Shown here piece after piece: positions 62,058-64,000 of a stretch of 64,000 nucleotides of DNA. Both the position numbers and the translations under genes were made by a program. Where the stretch lies: NCBI GenBank assembly GCA_963816355.1, contig CAWFKH010000003.1, positions 384,001 to 448,000 on the forward strand. The letters are read 5' to 3'. The number at the start of each line of letters is the position of its first letter. Position 1 is the stretch's first letter. This stretch comes from an uncultured Gemmatimonadales bacterium. Its GTDB lineage: Bacteria > Gemmatimonadota > Gemmatimonadetes > Longimicrobiales > RSA9. The notes beneath the pieces were generated by a model. That model ran no database searches. It had not been told where the DNA came from and saw only the letters and a list, made by a program, of their open reading frames with translations.

Positions 62058-62945
62058 TTGGAAAGAGCGCTCCTGAGTCACGAGGTGGTCGCGGCCGACG
62101 GCGTCGGGCCGGAGCGCTGGATCTACTTCCTGCACGGCATCTTCGGCGCCGGCCGCAACTGGGGCTCGGTCGCGCGGCGGCTGGCGCGGGAGCGGCCGGG
62201 GACGGGCGCCGTCCTCGTCGACCTGCGCCAGCACGGCGGCTCGCAGGGTTTCGCGCCGCCGCACACGATCACGGCCGCCGCGGCGGACGTGGCGCGGCTC
62301 GCGCGCGACTCCGCGCGGCCGGTCGCGGAGATCCTGGGCCACTCGTTCGGCGGCAAGGTGGCGCTTCAGCTCCTCCGCGACGGCGCCGCCGCGCAGGCCG
62401 GCGACGATCGTCGCGCGGACGGCGACGCGGACGGCGGCGGGGACGGCGGCGTGGCGCGTGCGTGGATCGTCGACTCCACGCCCGCGTCGTATGCGGGTCC
62501 TCGCGGCAGCGCGTGGCAGATGCTTGCGACGCTGCGGTCGCTGCCCGCCCGCTTCGACTCGCGCGGCGCACTGGTCGCGGCGCTCGGCGCGCGTGGCGTG
62601 GCGGCGCCGACGGCGCAGTGGATGGCCACGAACCTGCAGCGCGCCGCCGACGGCGGCTACGTCTGGCGCTTCGACCTCGATGCGATGGAGGCGTTGCTGC
62701 GCGACTTCTTCCGCGTCGACCTGTGGGACGTCGTGGAGTCGCCGCCCGCGGCCTGCACGATCCACTTCGTCAAGGCGGCGGAGTCGGGGGTGCTCGACGA
62801 CGCCGCCGTTCGGCGCATCCGTGCCGCGGGCGAGCGCACCGGCCGCGTCCGTCTCGACGTGGTCGCGGGTGGACACTGGCTCAACGCGGACAACCCGGAG
62901 GCGGTGCTCGATCTGCTGCTCGCCGGCGACGGCGCGAGCCGATAG
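62058..62945 (+). CDS. Alpha/beta hydrolase (YbfF/ABHD11-like esterase)
   Basis: LHGIFG..NW, DLRQHG, GHSFGGK, GHWLNADNP. Confidence 0.88.
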   Translation: MERALLSHEVVAADGVGPERWIYFLHGIFGAGRNWGSVARRLARERPGTGAVLVDLRQHGGSQGFAPPHTITAAAADVARLARDSARPVAEILGHSFGGKVALQLLRDGAAAQAGDDRRADGDADGGGDGGVARAWIVDSTPASYAGPRGSAWQMLATLRSLPARFDSRGALVAALGARGVAAPTAQWMATNLQRAADGGYVWRFDLDAMEALLRDFFRVDLWDVVESPPAACTIHFVKAAESGVLDDAAVRRIRAAGERTGRVRLDVVAGGHWLNADNPEAVLDLLLAGDGASR

Positions 62946-63012
62946 AATTCCGCCCGCCGGGCGGCGGGCGCGCCGGCGAACGGGAGGCGCAGCCGGGCAC
63001 GAGAGGGAGGCG

Positions 63013-64000
63013 ATGGAGCTACCGAAGGAACTGATGGTGGGCGTTTCGGGCGTTCGCGGCCGCGTCGGAGAGGCGCTCACGCCCGAGGTCGTGGCGGCGG
63101 TCGCCGCCGCCTTCGGCGCCTTCGCGCGGCAGGAGGCCGCGGCGGGGGCGGGGCGGGAGGCAACGGCGGAGGCGAGGTGGGAGGCTGCCGCGACGGCTCC
63201 TTCGGGGCCGCGCCCGCGCGTGGTCGTCGGCCGGGACAGCCGGACCTCCGGGCCGATGTTCACGCGCGCGGTGACGAGCGCGCTGCAGTCGGTCGGCTGC
63301 GACGTCGTCGACGTCGGGCTCGCGCCCACGCCGACGACGCTCTTCGCGGTGCGCGAGCACGGGGCGGCGGGCGCCGTCGTGGTGACGGCGAGCCACAACC
63401 CGGTGGAATGGAACGCGCTGAAGCTTGCCTCCGCGGAGGGGATGTTCCTCGACGCCGCGCAGGGCGAGCGCATGCGGCGCTTCCTGACGGCGCCGATCCC
63501 GCGCGCGGGCTGGGACGGGCTGGGCGAGGTGTCGCTGGATGGTGACGCGGTGCGCCGTCACCTGGACGCGGTGCTGGCGCTGCCCTACCTCGACCTGGAG
63601 GGCCTGCGGCGGCGGCGCTTCCGCGTCGCGCTCGACTGCGTCCACGGCGCGGGGTCCGCGCTGCTGCCGCCGCTCCTGGAGGCGCTCGGGTGCGAGGTCG
63701 TGGGGATCGGGCTGGAGCCGGACGGCCGCTTCCCGCGCGAGCCGGAGCCGGTGGCGGCGAACCTGGGGGAGCTGGAGCGGCTGGTGGTCGAGAGCGAGGC
63801 GGAGATCGGCCTCGCCACGGATCCGGACGCGGACCGCCTCTCGCTGGTGAGCGGCCAGGGCCGGGCGGTGGGCGAGGACTTCACGCTGGCTCTCGCGGCG
63901 ATGCTCGTGCTGCGGCACCGCCCGGGACCGGTGGTGACGAACCTGTCGACGAGCCGGCTGGTCGAGGACGTCGCCGCGGAGGCGGGCGTGCCGGTGGCGC
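63013..64000 (+). CDS. glmM: Phosphoglucosamine mutase/phosphomannomutase family (partial, runs off window)
   Basis: Translated by hand: VSGVRG, GRDSRTSG, TASHNP, DPDADR. Confidence 0.85.
   Translation, partial: MELPKELMVGVSGVRGRVGEALTPEVVAAVAAAFGAFARQEAAAGAGREATAEARWEAAATAPSGPRPRVVVGRDSRTSGPMFTRAVTSALQSVGCDVVDVGLAPTPTTLFAVREHGAAGAVVVTASHNPVEWNALKLASAEGMFLDAAQGERMRRFLTAPIPRAGWDGLGEVSLDGDAVRRHLDAVLALPYLDLEGLRRRRFRVALDCVHGAGSALLPPLLEALGCEVVGIGLEPDGRFPREPEPVAANLGELERLVVESEAEIGLATDPDADRLSLVSGQGRAVGEDFTLALAAMLVLRHRPGPVVTNLSTSRLVEDVAAEAGVPVA

Overview
Very GC-rich bacterial chromosomal segment, densely coding, probably Gemmatimonadota (inferred from gene content and order, not verified). It is mostly housekeeping: guaB, mltD-like, moaC-holB-envC-ftsXE-pdxA-surA-PPIase-mfd, lepA operon, Fe-S carriers nfu/mrp, an ECF sigma/anti-sigma operon, late menaquinone genes (ubiE/ubiD/ubiA/ubiX types), mutM, purD and a partial glmM. 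I saw no rRNA, tRNA, CRISPR, transposase or phage genes. The best novel-system candidate is at 1-4320: a Fur-box-like site, an outer-membrane porin, a membrane domain fused to an FMN-binding (SGAT) domain, a paralogous His-bearing membrane protein, and ApbE. This looks like an iron-regulated flavinylation-based extracytoplasmic electron-transfer module. Other candidates: a STAS-GHKL kinase + STAS-wHTH pair, an aeRF1-like factor lacking the catalytic Gln, twin ECF promoters, a structured guaB leader, two stand-alone LeuA-regulatory-like paralogs, and a 25-bp tandem array with inverted flanks. All calls come from reading motifs by eye; no database searches were run.
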